From an uncultured Acidobacteriota bacterium (GTDB taxonomy: Bacteria; Acidobacteriota; Vicinamibacteria; Vicinamibacterales; Fen-181), in assembly GCA_963776495.1 (NCBI GenBank), contig CAVZMW010000006.1, positions 370,435 to 434,434 on the forward strand: a DNA stretch of 64,000 bases. Direction: 5' to 3'. Numbering within the stretch: position 1 is the first letter of the stretch; the number at the start of each line of letters is the position of its first letter. The notes beneath the pieces were generated by a model. It saw nothing but the letters and a program-made list of their open reading frames with translations. It made no database searches and was not told where the DNA came from. Of the stretch, positions 51,581 through 60,673 are shown one piece after another. The position numbers were made by a program, and so were the translations under genes.

Positions 51581-52453
51581 TCAGGCCGCCACCGCATCGG
51601 GCTTGGCGGCGCTCCGGCACGCTTGTTCGGTCTCGTCGAAGGTGGGCCGCATGTGCCCCGGCACCACGCGGCGCGCGAACTCGGTCGCGATGACGGCCGG
51701 GAACCCCTTGGCCGAGGCCAGCAGCCCGGTCTTGATGCACTGCAGGTAGTGGGCCTCGTCGTGCACGTAGTGCTCGATCTTGTTCGCCAGGGGCTGGGCG
51801 AACCCGTAGGCCAGCAGGATGCCCAGGAACGTGCCGACCAGCGCCGCGCCCACCTTGATCCCGAGCTCTTCGGGCGGCCCGTCGATGGACGCCATGGTCA
51901 CCACGACGCCCAGCACGGCGGCCACGATGCCGAGGCCGGGCAGCGCGTCGCCGATCCGCGCGAGCGCCTGCGAGGGCCGGAGGGCCTGGTCGCGGCGGAT
52001 GTCCAGGTCTTCCTGCATCAGGTCGTCGAGGTCGTGCGCGGCGATGCCCCCGGCGATCAGGGCCTTGAGGGAATCGGACAGGAATTCGACCGCGTCGGGG
52101 CGCGCGAGAAAGCGGGGGAACCGCGACAGGATCGGGCTGGTGGCCGGGTCCTCGATGTGCGATTCGAGCGCCATGACGCCGGACTGCTGGCTCACGCGGA
52201 ACAGCATGTACTGCAGCGACAGCAGTTCCACGTACTCCGCCTTGTTCGTCTTCCTGCCGAACTGTGCCTTCACCTGGACCAGGAGCAGAGACAGCACGTC
52301 CACCGGCGTGCTGACCAGGATGCTGCCGATGGCGGCCCCACCGATGATCAGGAACTCCGCCGGTTGAATCAACGCGGCGATCTTGCCACCTTCCCAGGTG
52401 AAGCCACCGACCACGCAGGCGACGACAGCGACGAACCCAATGACGAGCAACAT
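51581..52453 (-). CDS. motA: Flagellar stator protein MotA
   Basis: It has an MLLVIGFVAVVACVVGGF... 4-TM architecture. The C-terminal region has GDALPGLGIVAAVLGVV...GAALVGTFLGILLAYGF. Confidence 0.9.
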   Translation of the reverse strand: MLLVIGFVAVVACVVGGFTWEGGKIAALIQPAEFLIIGGAAIGSILVSTPVDVLSLLLVQVKAQFGRKTNKAEYVELLSLQYMLFRVSQQSGVMALESHIEDPATSPILSRFPRFLARPDAVEFLSDSLKALIAGGIAAHDLDDLMQEDLDIRRDQALRPSQALARIGDALPGLGIVAAVLGVVVTMASIDGPPEELGIKVGAALVGTFLGILLAYGFAQPLANKIEHYVHDEAHYLQCIKTGLLASAKGFPAVIATEFARRVVPGHMRPTFDETEQACRSAAKPDAVAA

Positions 52454-52601
52454 GGGAAAGGAACTCCGAACCGGCTGCCGGCGACACGCCGGACACCTCG
52501 TCCCCTTCCAAATCGGCACATGGCGACGCAACTTGAGCGCCGGCTCGTGGCTCGTGCCCCCACGCCGAGCGACACGTGGTCCCCCGGGCGGGCGCGCCCG
52601 C

Positions 52602-53469
52602 TCACCGGGGGCGGTCGGGCGGCCGCGCGTCGGCGGCGCCCGGTTCCTCCCGGCGACTGATGCCGGGATTGAGGATGACGATGTCCACGCGGCGATTGCG
52701 CGCCCGGTTGGCGGCCGAATCGTTCGGCGCCCGGGGATGGAACTGGGAGTAGCCGGCGGCCGAAAGCCGCGTGGCGTCGATCCGGTGGACCTGGGCGAGC
52801 AGGGCCACGACATTGGTCGCCCGGGCCGTGGACAGCTCCCAGTTCGATTCGGTACTGCGCCGTGTGAATCGGCACGTCGTCGGTGTGGCCCTCGATTCGC
52901 ACGAAATTGCCGATGTCGCGCACCGCGGCCGCGACCTCTCCGACCACCTCGCGGGCCTGCTCGGACACTTCCGCGCTGCCGGTGGCGAACGACCCGCTCT
53001 CGCGGATCGACACGACCACGCCGCGTCGGTCCAGCTCCACCGCCACCCGCCCGTCCTTGACCGGCCCCGCCAGCCGATCGCTGAGCGCCGTTCTCACTTC
53101 TTCCAGGGTCACCTCGGCGGCGCCCGTCGCGGCGCGGGCTGGGGCCACCGGCCGGGGCGAGGCTTCCAGCATGCGGCCCGGGTTCGACGCGGTCAGCGGT
53201 GCCGGCACGGGCGTTCCGGTCGGGGGAGCGGCCGCCGCCTCGTGGCGCGGCCGGTCGCCCGCAAAGGCCGTGTGAAAGCCGGCGGCGACCGGGCCGAACT
53301 TGCGGGCGTCGAGCGAAGAAATCCCGTAGAGCGTCGTGAAGAAGGCGAAGAGCAGCGTGATGAAATCGGCGTACGAGACGATCCAGCGGTGCTCGCTGGG
53401 GCCGCGATCCAGCGCATCGCCGCGCCGGCGCCGGCGCCGCCGCTCGCCCCAGTTCCCGGTGACCTTCAT
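52602..53469 (-). pseudogene. Second MotB-like stator gene, interrupted by a 1-nt frameshift near 52847
   Basis: The frame from ATG 53469 gives HRWIVSYADFITLLFAFFTTLYG...FVRIEGHTDDVPIHTAQYR and then junk. Dropping one A in CGAATCG restores SNWELSTARATNVVALLAQVHRIDATRLSAAGYSQFHP...RNRRVDIVIL (ORF 52602..52808). Confidence 0.78.
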
Positions 53470-54263
53470 GCGGCACGCCCGACGCGGCGCCCGGAGCGTT
53501 GCGGCGACCGCAGGTAGGCCTGCAGCTTCTCCTCGACCAGCCGGGGATTCAGGCCATCCTGGATCGCCAGCACGCCCTCGAGGATCATTTCGCCGCGCAG
53601 CGCCCGCTTGTCGGCGCGGTGCTTCAGCTTGGCGGCGATCGGCAGGAAGACGAGGTTCGCCGCGCCGACCCCGTACACCGTCGCGACAAACGCGGTGGCG
53701 ATGCCCGCCCCGAGCTGGGCCGGGTCGGCGAGGTTCTGCATGACGTGGATGAGGCCGAGCACCGCGCCCAGGATGCCGAAGGTCGGCGCGTAGGCGCCCA
53801 GCGCCTCGAAGACCCGCGACGGCACCCGGTCCCGGTCCTCGTCGTTGGCGATGGCGACCTCGACGATCTCGCGCACCTGGCGTGATTCCGTGCCGTCGAC
53901 GGCCAGCCTGAGGGCCTTCTGGAAGAGGGGATCCGGCATGCGGTCGGCCTCGTTCTCGAGGGCCAGCAAGCCGTGCATGCGCGCGATCCGCGCACAGCGC
54001 ACCACCGCCTCGGCGGTCGAACGGGTGTCGTCCTCGGCTTCCTGGAACACCGCCCGCAGCGTGGTCACCGCCTGCACGACCTCGGCGCGCGAGAAGCTGA
54101 CCAGCGTCGCGCCCAGCGTCCCGCCGAACACGATGATCGCCGCCGTCAGCTGCACGACGGACCGGAGCGTGCCGCCTTCGAGCGCCTGGCCGACGAGCAC
54201 GCAGCCGACGCCGATGAGCAGCCCCCCGATGGAGGCGACGTCGATCCTCTTCTTGGCGCTCAC
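53466..54263 (-). CDS. Second MotA/PomA-family stator protein
   Basis: The product has (V)SAKKRIDVASIGGLLIGVGCVLVGQALEGG, APTFGILGAVLGLIHVM and ATAFVATVYGVGAANLVFLPIA. GTG at 54263 follows GGAGGA, and an ATGA overlap joins it to the motB paralog. Confidence 0.85.
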   Translation of the reverse strand: MSAKKRIDVASIGGLLIGVGCVLVGQALEGGTLRSVVQLTAAIIVFGGTLGATLVSFSRAEVVQAVTTLRAVFQEAEDDTRSTAEAVVRCARIARMHGLLALENEADRMPDPLFQKALRLAVDGTESRQVREIVEVAIANDEDRDRVPSRVFEALGAYAPTFGILGAVLGLIHVMQNLADPAQLGAGIATAFVATVYGVGAANLVFLPIAAKLKHRADKRALRGEMILEGVLAIQDGLNPRLVEEKLQAYLRSPQRSGRRVGRAA

Positions 54264-54496
54264 CGCCCATCCTCCGTCGGGACGACCGAGAGAGAGGTGA
54301 ACGACGGGCACGCCCCCCGGTGCACCGCGCGGCGGAACTCGAGGACGCCGGCCACGAGCTGCTCGGGCGATTCCCGCACGACGAGCTTCTCGCCGGACAC
54401 GAGCGAGAGGACGGTGTCGGGCGTCCGTTCGACCCACTGCACCAGGTCGATGTTGACGACAATCGACGTTCCGTCGAGGCGGGTGACGCGAATCAT
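54260..54496 (-). CDS. flbD: Flagellar protein FlbD
   Basis: MIRVTRLDGTSIVVNIDLVQWVERTPDTVLSLVSGEKLVVRESPEQLV is the characteristic FlbD sequence pattern. Confidence 0.85.
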   Translation of the reverse strand: MIRVTRLDGTSIVVNIDLVQWVERTPDTVLSLVSGEKLVVRESPEQLVAGVLEFRRAVHRGACPSFTSLSVVPTEDGR

Positions 54497-54664
54497 GAGT
54501 GCTCCTGGCTACCTGTCGGCCGGGCGACACGCGGGGTCGCCGTGCCGACAGCCGTCCGGCAGTTTGCCGCGAATCGAGCCGTGTTTACGGCGCCTGGGGC
54601 GGCCGTCAGGTCGGCGCCCACTGCCAGGTCTGCAAGGGAGATACCACCGGCCAAGGGGGGCGAT

Positions 54665-54691
54665 TAAAGAAACCGGGACGGTTTCCGATTA
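54665..54691 (+). promoter_or_regulatory. Sigma-28 (FliA/SigD)-type promoter for flagellin
   Basis: The sequence is TAAAGAAA-N11-TCCGATTA, against the consensus TAAAGTTT-N11-GCCGATAA. It lies 80 nt upstream of the fliC ATG. Confidence 0.6.
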
Positions 54692-54771
54692 CCTACCCAG
54701 AACGCATGGCGGCAGACGCCGCCGCCGGTCGGCAAGGACGCCCACCGGGAACTTTCATGGAGGATTGGATC

Positions 54772-55560
54772 ATGGCAGCCTTCTCAGTCGTCAACAACGT
54801 CGCATCGGTCAACGCCCAGGCCAACCTGCAGACCAGCAACCTCGGCCTGACCAAGTCCTTGAACCGCCTCTCGAGCGGTCTCAAGATCAACTACTCTGGC
54901 GACGACGCGGCCGGCCTCGCGGTGGCGAACGGCTACCGTTCGGACGTGGCCAACCTGACCCAGGGCATCCAGAACGCGAACGACGGCCTGTCCACCCTGC
55001 AGATCGCCGACGGCGCGCTCAACAACATCTCGACGCTGCTCGACCGCCTCGCCACCCTGGCGAGCCAGTCGGCGTCGAGCAACTTCAAGGGCGACCGCGC
55101 CACGATGGACGCCGAGTACCAGTCGGTCATCGGCGAGATCACGCGTGAAGCGGGCGTCGCCGGCCTCGGCGGCAGCGGCATCGCCTTCTCGGTGTTCGTG
55201 GGCACCGACAACCTGACCGGCACGATCGCCGGCGCCGACGCCACCGGACTCGGCCTCACCGGCGACATCACGACGGCGGCCAACGCGGCGACGGCCGTGG
55301 CCAACGTCAAGGACGCCGTCACGACCCTGGGCGGCGTGCAGGGCTCGGTCGGGACGCTCGAGAACACGATGCAGTACGCCATCTCCCTGGCGCAGTCGCA
55401 GGTGGTCAACACGACGGCTGCCGAGAGCCGCATCCGCGACGCGAACGTGGCCCAGGAATCGGCGAACATGACCCGCTACAACGTCCTCACGCAGAGCGGC
55501 ATCGCCGCCCTGGCGCAGGCGAATCAGTCGACCGCGTCGGTCCTGACGCTCCTGCGGTAA
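54772..55560 (+). CDS. fliC: Flagellin (short form, D0/D1 only)
   Basis: The product has MAAFSVVNNVASVNAQANL...LNRLSSGLKIN...DDAAGLAV...L..G..NANDG.S. The C-terminal region is ESRIRDANVAQESANMTRYNVLTQSGIAALAQANQ...VLTLLR. A GGAGGA SD is present. Confidence 0.92.
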   Translation: MAAFSVVNNVASVNAQANLQTSNLGLTKSLNRLSSGLKINYSGDDAAGLAVANGYRSDVANLTQGIQNANDGLSTLQIADGALNNISTLLDRLATLASQSASSNFKGDRATMDAEYQSVIGEITREAGVAGLGGSGIAFSVFVGTDNLTGTIAGADATGLGLTGDITTAANAATAVANVKDAVTTLGGVQGSVGTLENTMQYAISLAQSQVVNTTAAESRIRDANVAQESANMTRYNVLTQSGIAALAQANQSTASVLTLLR

Positions 55561-55580
55561 GCGCTCGGCAGTTTGGCCCG

Positions 55581-55622
55581 GATCCCGCATGACGGTCCCC
55601 CGTCGGGGGCTCATGCGGGATC
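55581..55622 (+). terminator. Long hairpin after fliC (12-bp outer stem GATCCCGCATGA/TCATGCGGGATC with inner CCCCC/GGGGG stem)
   Basis: It is a perfect inverted repeat beginning 21 nt after the fliC stop. There is no T tract, as is common in high-GC genomes. Confidence 0.5.
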
Positions 55623-55733
55623 AGCATCCCGGAATTGGCTGATTTTCTGGTCATTCACGGCGTCGTAGTGTCGTCCGCCCGACCCCTCCGGTCGGCCGGG
55701 CGACGCTCGTCGCTGGGACGAGGCGGGCAGACA

Positions 55734-57080
55734 ATGGCAGCGGTCACTTTCAGCGGGTTCAACCAGATCGACTTCAACACGGTCCTCCAGGCGGTCATGA
55801 CGCAGGAGCGCCAGCCCCTGGTGGCCCTCCAGAATCAGCGGACCGCCATCTCGTCCCAGAACGACGCATTCGCGACGCTGGCGACCAAGCTGGCGGCGGT
55901 TGACGACGCGGCCGGCAGCCTGGCGGACGCGAGGGCCTTCGGCGGGCGGACCGCCTCGGCCAGTGACGCGACCGCGCTCCGCATCGTCGCCGGGAACGCC
56001 ACGCCGGAGGGAATCTTCGATGTCGTCATCAACCGCCTCGCCCGCGGGCAGGTCACGACGACGTCCAGCATCTACGCCGACAAGGACAACACGATCGTCG
56101 CGACCGGCGGAACGCTGGTGTTCGGCGGCGTCACGGTGACGATCGACAGCGACACGACGCTCCAGGGCCTGGCCGACGCCATCAACTCGACCGCCGACGC
56201 GCCGGCCACGGCCACCATCGTCGCGGCCGGCGGCCAGTACCAGATGGTGCTGACGGGCAAGACGACCGGGCTCGCGAGCGCGTTCACGGTGGCCGCCAAC
56301 CTCACGGGCGGAAGCGGCGTCGCCTTCTCCGCCACCAACGCGGTCGAGGCGAGCGACGCGGATCTGCTCGTGAACAACGTGCACGTCACCTCGGCCACCA
56401 ACACCGTGGACGGCGCGGTCCCGGGCGCGACGCTGACGCTGCTCAAGCCATCCGCGACGCCGGTGACGGTCACCGTCGGCCAGGACCTGTCGTCGATCAA
56501 GACCGCGCTGCAGTCCTTCGTGAGCGCGTACAACGACCTGGTCCAGTTCGTCGGCGATCAGAACGCCGCCGCCGCGAAGGGCGACACGACCAGCATCGGG
56601 CGCGACAGCGTGGTGCGCAGCCTGCGCGCGGCGCTGCGCGAGGGACTGACCAGCCAGTACGGCACGAGCGGCGCGTTCCAGTACCTCTCGCAGATCGGCG
56701 TGCAGTTCGACCACACCGGGACGCTGAGCCTGGACGAGGGCACACTCGACGCCGCCACCGTCAACGTGGCCGACCTGCAGAAACTCGTCGCCGGCAGCAC
56801 GGGTGCGTTCGGCAGCATCCGGTCGATCGTCGAGCAGTACGTCGGCGCCGACGGGCTGGTCCCGAACGCCAAGACGCGCCTGGGCGACGAGATGAGCCGG
56901 CTCGACGATCGCATCACGAACATGACGGCGCGCCTGGCGATTCGCCAGCAGATGCTGCAGCGGGAGTACTCGGCCGCCGACGCGGTGATGACCCAGCTGC
57001 AGAGCCAGATGAGCGCGATCGCGTCGCTGAGCTCGAATTTCGCGTCGTTGAACAGTTCCACCAGCAGCAGCTCGAATTAG
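55734..57080 (+). CDS. fliD: Flagellar filament cap protein FliD
   Basis: The product has MAAVTFSGFNQIDFNTVLQAVMTQERQPL..LQ.Q......Q..AF..L. The C-terminal region is RL...I..M..RL..RQQML.REY.A.DAVM.QL.SQ. Confidence 0.9.
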   Translation: MAAVTFSGFNQIDFNTVLQAVMTQERQPLVALQNQRTAISSQNDAFATLATKLAAVDDAAGSLADARAFGGRTASASDATALRIVAGNATPEGIFDVVINRLARGQVTTTSSIYADKDNTIVATGGTLVFGGVTVTIDSDTTLQGLADAINSTADAPATATIVAAGGQYQMVLTGKTTGLASAFTVAANLTGGSGVAFSATNAVEASDADLLVNNVHVTSATNTVDGAVPGATLTLLKPSATPVTVTVGQDLSSIKTALQSFVSAYNDLVQFVGDQNAAAAKGDTTSIGRDSVVRSLRAALREGLTSQYGTSGAFQYLSQIGVQFDHTGTLSLDEGTLDAATVNVADLQKLVAGSTGAFGSIRSIVEQYVGADGLVPNAKTRLGDEMSRLDDRITNMTARLAIRQQMLQREYSAADAVMTQLQSQMSAIASLSSNFASLNSSTSSSSN

Positions 57081-57089
57081 GAGTAGTCC

Positions 57090-57491
57090 ATGCAGGCTTC
57101 GATGGCTCGTGCGGCGCAGGCGTACCAGACGACCCACATCCAGTCGCAGTCACCGCTCGAGATGGTCGTGCTGTTGTACGCCGGCGCGCTGCGGTTCATG
57201 CGGACCGCCGCCGACGCCATGGAGCGGTGCGACCTGGTGGCCAAGCGCGAGGCGATGTCGCGCGCCCTGGCGATCGTCACCGAGCTGCGGAACACGCTGA
57301 ACATGGCCGAAGGCGGCGAGGTCGCACGGTCGCTCGACGGCCTCTATGGGTACGTGACCGCCCGCCTGCTCGACGCCAACGCGCGGCAGGATCCCGCGCC
57401 GCTCCAGGAATCGATCCAGCTCCTGACCGGACTCCACGACGCGTGGGCCACGATCGCCTCGCCCGCCCACGCCGCGCAGGAGCGCGTGTGA
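57090..57491 (+). CDS. fliS: Flagellin-specific chaperone FliS
   Basis: AYQTTHIQSQSPLEMVVLLYAGALRFM..A.......D...K......A..I..EL...L......EVA..L..LY.Y is the FliS pattern. Confidence 0.9.
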   Translation: MQASMARAAQAYQTTHIQSQSPLEMVVLLYAGALRFMRTAADAMERCDLVAKREAMSRALAIVTELRNTLNMAEGGEVARSLDGLYGYVTARLLDANARQDPAPLQESIQLLTGLHDAWATIASPAHAAQERV

Positions 57492-57958
57492 CGGTCGAGG
57501 AACTCGCCGCCGCGATCTCCGGCTACGGCGCCGGGCTCGAGGCGGAGGTGTCGCTCCTGCAGGGCCTGCAGCGCCTCGCCGGTAGGCAGCACGACGCGCT
57601 GCTCGCCGACGACGTCCCGCTCCTGGCCGAGATCGGCGACGAGCGCGAATCGGTGATCGCCAGCCTGGTCGAGGTGGAACACCAGATCAAGCCGCTGCGC
57701 GAGATGCTCGCGTCCGGGCTCGATCGGGCGGCCGCCCTCCCGGGCTTCAGCGAAGTGGTGGCGTTGCACCGCTCCGCGGGCCGCCTCGTCTCGGAGATCA
57801 TGTCGGCCGACCGGGGCACCATCGAGTCGCTGCGCGAGGCCGAGGGCCGGAGGCGGCTGGCGGCGCAGACGGTCGAGAGGGGGGCGACGACGCTGGCCGC
57901 CTACCATCGGGTCGTCGCCTCGCACACCAAGAGCGCGATCGTGGACACCGAGGGCTGA
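57488..57958 (+). CDS. Flagellar chaperone-like helical protein (FlgN/FliT-like by position)
   Basis: GTG at 57488 overlaps the fliS stop (GTGA). The helical heptad-like sequence is EAEVSLLQGLQRLAGRQHDALLADDVPLLAEIGDERESVIASL. The assignment rests on synteny only. Confidence 0.5.
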   Translation: MTVEELAAAISGYGAGLEAEVSLLQGLQRLAGRQHDALLADDVPLLAEIGDERESVIASLVEVEHQIKPLREMLASGLDRAAALPGFSEVVALHRSAGRLVSEIMSADRGTIESLREAEGRRRLAAQTVERGATTLAAYHRVVASHTKSAIVDTEG

Positions 57959-57964
57959 TCAACC

Positions 57965-58918
57965 CTAGCCGGCGCCGGGCGTTCCCTGGCGCGTCCCGTG
58001 CAAGAAGGTCTGGAGGTCCCGGAATCCGAGCCCGCGGTACAGGTGGCGTGCCCCCTGGTTGCCGTCGGCCACGAGCAGCGTCACCCGTCGATAGCCCGAT
58101 CCGGCGAGCGCCCGACCGCTCTCGACGACGAGGTGGCGGGCCAGCGCCCGGCCTCGCCACATCGGATCGACCACCACCTGGGCCAGGTGGGCGATCCCTT
58201 CGCCAATGTGCGTCATCAGGATCGCCGCGACGGGATGTCCCTGCGGGTCGCGAAGGGCGAAGCTGGCGGCGGGGAGGTAACGGCCGCACGCCTCGGTCCG
58301 CAGCAGCTGGCCGACGTAGTGCGCCCACTGCGCCGGGCGAAGGTCGGGAGCGAAGCACGCGGCCTCCGGGCTGCCCGCGTAGGCCCGCGCCACCAGGTCC
58401 ACGACGTCGCCGGCGTCGCCGTCGGCAAACGGGCCCGGCGCGCACCCCTCCGGCCACGACGCAATCGGACTCTCGGCGGACGAAGGGAGATCGCACGCCA
58501 TGTAGCGGTGCGACTCGACGACGAACTGCTCCTGTTCGAGGGTGCGCCGCAACGCGGGCGACTGCGGGTAGAGATAGCACGACGCCCCGCTGGCTGTCGC
58601 CGCGTCGGGGGAGGCGAGTGCCGCGCGCAGCAACGCGCGGCGCGAGGAGTCGCTCTCGGCCACCAGGCCGCCGACCTGGAGCCGATCGTCGTGGAGGACG
58701 AAGAACGACCAGCCAGCGACCCGGCCGTTCCGCCCGCGGACCAGCAGGCCGGGCAGGGTACCGGCCCGGCGGGCCGACTCGATGAGGGTGCACGAGGGCG
58801 CGAAGTCCCACCCCAGCGTCTCCTGCCAGCGCCGGCACTCCGAGCGGTACAGGGGAGCGACGGAGGCCGCCTCGGCGCCGCGCCAGTCCTCGCACCGCCA
58901 GGCGTCGGTCGGGCTCAT
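57965..58918 (-). CDS. GNAT-family N-acetyltransferase (two-lobed)
   Basis: The C-terminal acetyl-CoA motif is LAQVVVDPMWRGRALARHLVVESGRALAGSGYRRVTLLVADGNQGARHLYRGLGF. The start overlaps the csrA stop (ATGA). Confidence 0.7.
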   Translation of the reverse strand: MSPTDAWRCEDWRGAEAASVAPLYRSECRRWQETLGWDFAPSCTLIESARRAGTLPGLLVRGRNGRVAGWSFFVLHDDRLQVGGLVAESDSSRRALLRAALASPDAATASGASCYLYPQSPALRRTLEQEQFVVESHRYMACDLPSSAESPIASWPEGCAPGPFADGDAGDVVDLVARAYAGSPEAACFAPDLRPAQWAHYVGQLLRTEACGRYLPAASFALRDPQGHPVAAILMTHIGEGIAHLAQVVVDPMWRGRALARHLVVESGRALAGSGYRRVTLLVADGNQGARHLYRGLGFRDLQTFLHGTRQGTPGAG

Positions 58919-59223
58919 CGCTTCTCCCCGTCCGGCGATGTCCGGCCGGCGGCGGGCGGTGTCTCCGGGGTGGCCTGTGCCAGCGTCCCGGGGCGACCCG
59001 CCGACCGCAGCCGGCTCGCCAGTGCCCGTGCGCCGGCGGTCGCGGCCGCCGCCGACTCGTTCTCCAACCGGATCTGCTCGTAGACCTCGCGGCGGTGCAC
59101 GGCGACAGACGGCGGCGCAATGACGCCCAGGCGCACGCCGTCGCGGCCAACGCGCAGGACGCGCACCTCGATTCCGTCGCCGATGACAATCGCTTCGTCG
59201 CGCTTACGGGTGAAGACCAGCAC
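58915..59223 (-). CDS. csrA: Carbon storage regulator CsrA with extended Ala/Pro-rich C-terminal tail
   Basis: (V)LVFTRKRDEAIVIGDGIEVRVLRVGRDGVRLGVIAPPSVAVHRREVYEQI is the CsrA core. It has a GTG start and an approximately 50-aa tail. Confidence 0.85.
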   Translation of the reverse strand: MLVFTRKRDEAIVIGDGIEVRVLRVGRDGVRLGVIAPPSVAVHRREVYEQIRLENESAAAATAGARALASRLRSAGRPGTLAQATPETPPAAGRTSPDGEKR

Positions 59224-59310
59224 CGACGCCCCCCGCCGCGTCTGTGGCGCGGCCGCGGCCAGGGCTAGCGGGGCGCCGCATCCAGTGGCGCTCACCGGCC
59301 CCGACCGCGT

Positions 59311-59778
59311 TCATTCCAGCGCCAACGCGTGGCGCAACGAGTAGAGGCTGTCGTGCGGCACCATCTGGCACCCGACCATGCGCACGGGGTCGATCACGAC
59401 CGGCGCCCGCAGGTTGACCGTCGCGTGGCCCTCGCCGTCGAGCGTCGTGAGCGCGAGCCAGACAAGGGCCGTGTCCTCGGCAGCGCCGAGTCGATCGCGA
59501 TCCACGTCGCCGAGGACGCAGCGGTAGTCGGGCACCACCAGCCGGGGGTCGATCGCGATGAACGACGCCGGCGGGCCGTCGACGCCATGCAGGCACTGCA
59601 GCGGGGCGATCTCGCTCGACGAGATGAGGACGAAGTGGTGGCAGGGCTCGAAGCCCGGCAGACCCTGCGGGAAGGTGAGGACGTCCGCCGCGTTGACCTC
59701 GAACGTCCCGAACCCGGTCGTGACAGAGCGCACGCCGGTGCGACCGTCGGCGCCCTGCTTGTCCGCGCGTCTCGTCAT
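59311..59778 (-). CDS. fliW: Flagellar assembly factor FliW (CsrA antagonist)
   Basis: FGTFEVNAADVLTFPQGLPGFEPCHHFVLI...FIAIDP..VVPDY......D...L........V..L........TVNLRAPVVI is the FliW pattern. The start overlaps the flgL stop. Confidence 0.85.
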   Translation of the reverse strand: MTRRADKQGADGRTGVRSVTTGFGTFEVNAADVLTFPQGLPGFEPCHHFVLISSSEIAPLQCLHGVDGPPASFIAIDPRLVVPDYRCVLGDVDRDRLGAAEDTALVWLALTTLDGEGHATVNLRAPVVIDPVRMVGCQMVPHDSLYSLRHALALE

Positions 59779-60671
59779 TTGAGATAGTCCAGCAGGGTGA
59801 GCCGCGACCGGGCGCCCACGGCGCCGAGCGCAGCCTGGTACGCCGTGTCAGCCTTGGCCATCTGCGTCGCCGCCTCGGCCATGTTCGCGTCCTCGTTCTG
59901 CGACACGCGCGCGAGGCTGGCCTGACTCAGCGTTCCCAGGCGGGCCCGCTGGTCGTCGAGGCTGGCGAGATCGATGCCGACGCTCGTCTGGAACGCCACC
60001 GCGCGGTCGAGCGCGCGGTCGAGCCCGGCGAGGCCGTCGGTGATCCCGGTCTGATCGTTGTTCCGGATGGCGGTGGCGAGATTCGACAGGCAGGTGAACA
60101 CGTCCTGGGTGTCGGTGCCTTGCGCGAGTGTCCGGCCGTCGAAGCCGACCTGCACGGACCGCGACCAATCGACGTCGAGCGACACGCCGTTCGCGTCACC
60201 CTGGTAGGCGGAGACCGACCCGTCAGCCTGCCGGGCGTAGGGCGCGGTCAGCGCCGCCGAGCCGGCGAACACGTAGGTGCCTCGGAAGTTGGTGTTGAGG
60301 TCGGACAGCAGCGTGTCGGCGATCCCGTCGAGCTCGGTGGCCAGAGCCGTGTGCTGGGCGTCGGTGGCCACGCTCCCGACCGCGCTGCTGGCGCTGGCTC
60401 GGGCCGAGGTGAGACGGTCCACCACGTCGGACAACACGTTGTCGACCACCGTCAGCCGCGTCGTCGCCGAATCGGCCGTCTGGACGTACTGGTCCAGGGT
60501 CCCGAGCTCGGCGTGATCGGCCACCGCCTGCCCGGCGGCCGTGGGGTCGTCGCTCGGGACCTGCAGGCGGCGCCCCGACGAGACCTGCGCCTGCCACTTG
60601 GAGAGGTTCGCCGCCGCGCGGTCGATGTCGGCCATCGCGCCCAGGTAGTCGCTGTTCGACGAGATTCTCAT
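59775..60671 (-). CDS. flgL: Flagellar hook-associated protein 3 FlgL
   Basis: The flagellin-like N terminus is MRISSNSDY..M.DI.RA...L...Q.QVSSGRR...PSDDP. The C terminus is ...ED.NMAEA.T.M...DTAYQAAL. Confidence 0.85.
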   Translation of the reverse strand: MRISSNSDYLGAMADIDRAAANLSKWQAQVSSGRRLQVPSDDPTAAGQAVADHAELGTLDQYVQTADSATTRLTVVDNVLSDVVDRLTSARASASSAVGSVATDAQHTALATELDGIADTLLSDLNTNFRGTYVFAGSAALTAPYARQADGSVSAYQGDANGVSLDVDWSRSVQVGFDGRTLAQGTDTQDVFTCLSNLATAIRNNDQTGITDGLAGLDRALDRAVAFQTSVGIDLASLDDQRARLGTLSQASLARVSQNEDANMAEAATQMAKADTAYQAALGAVGARSRLTLLDYLK

Positions 60672-60673
60672 GC

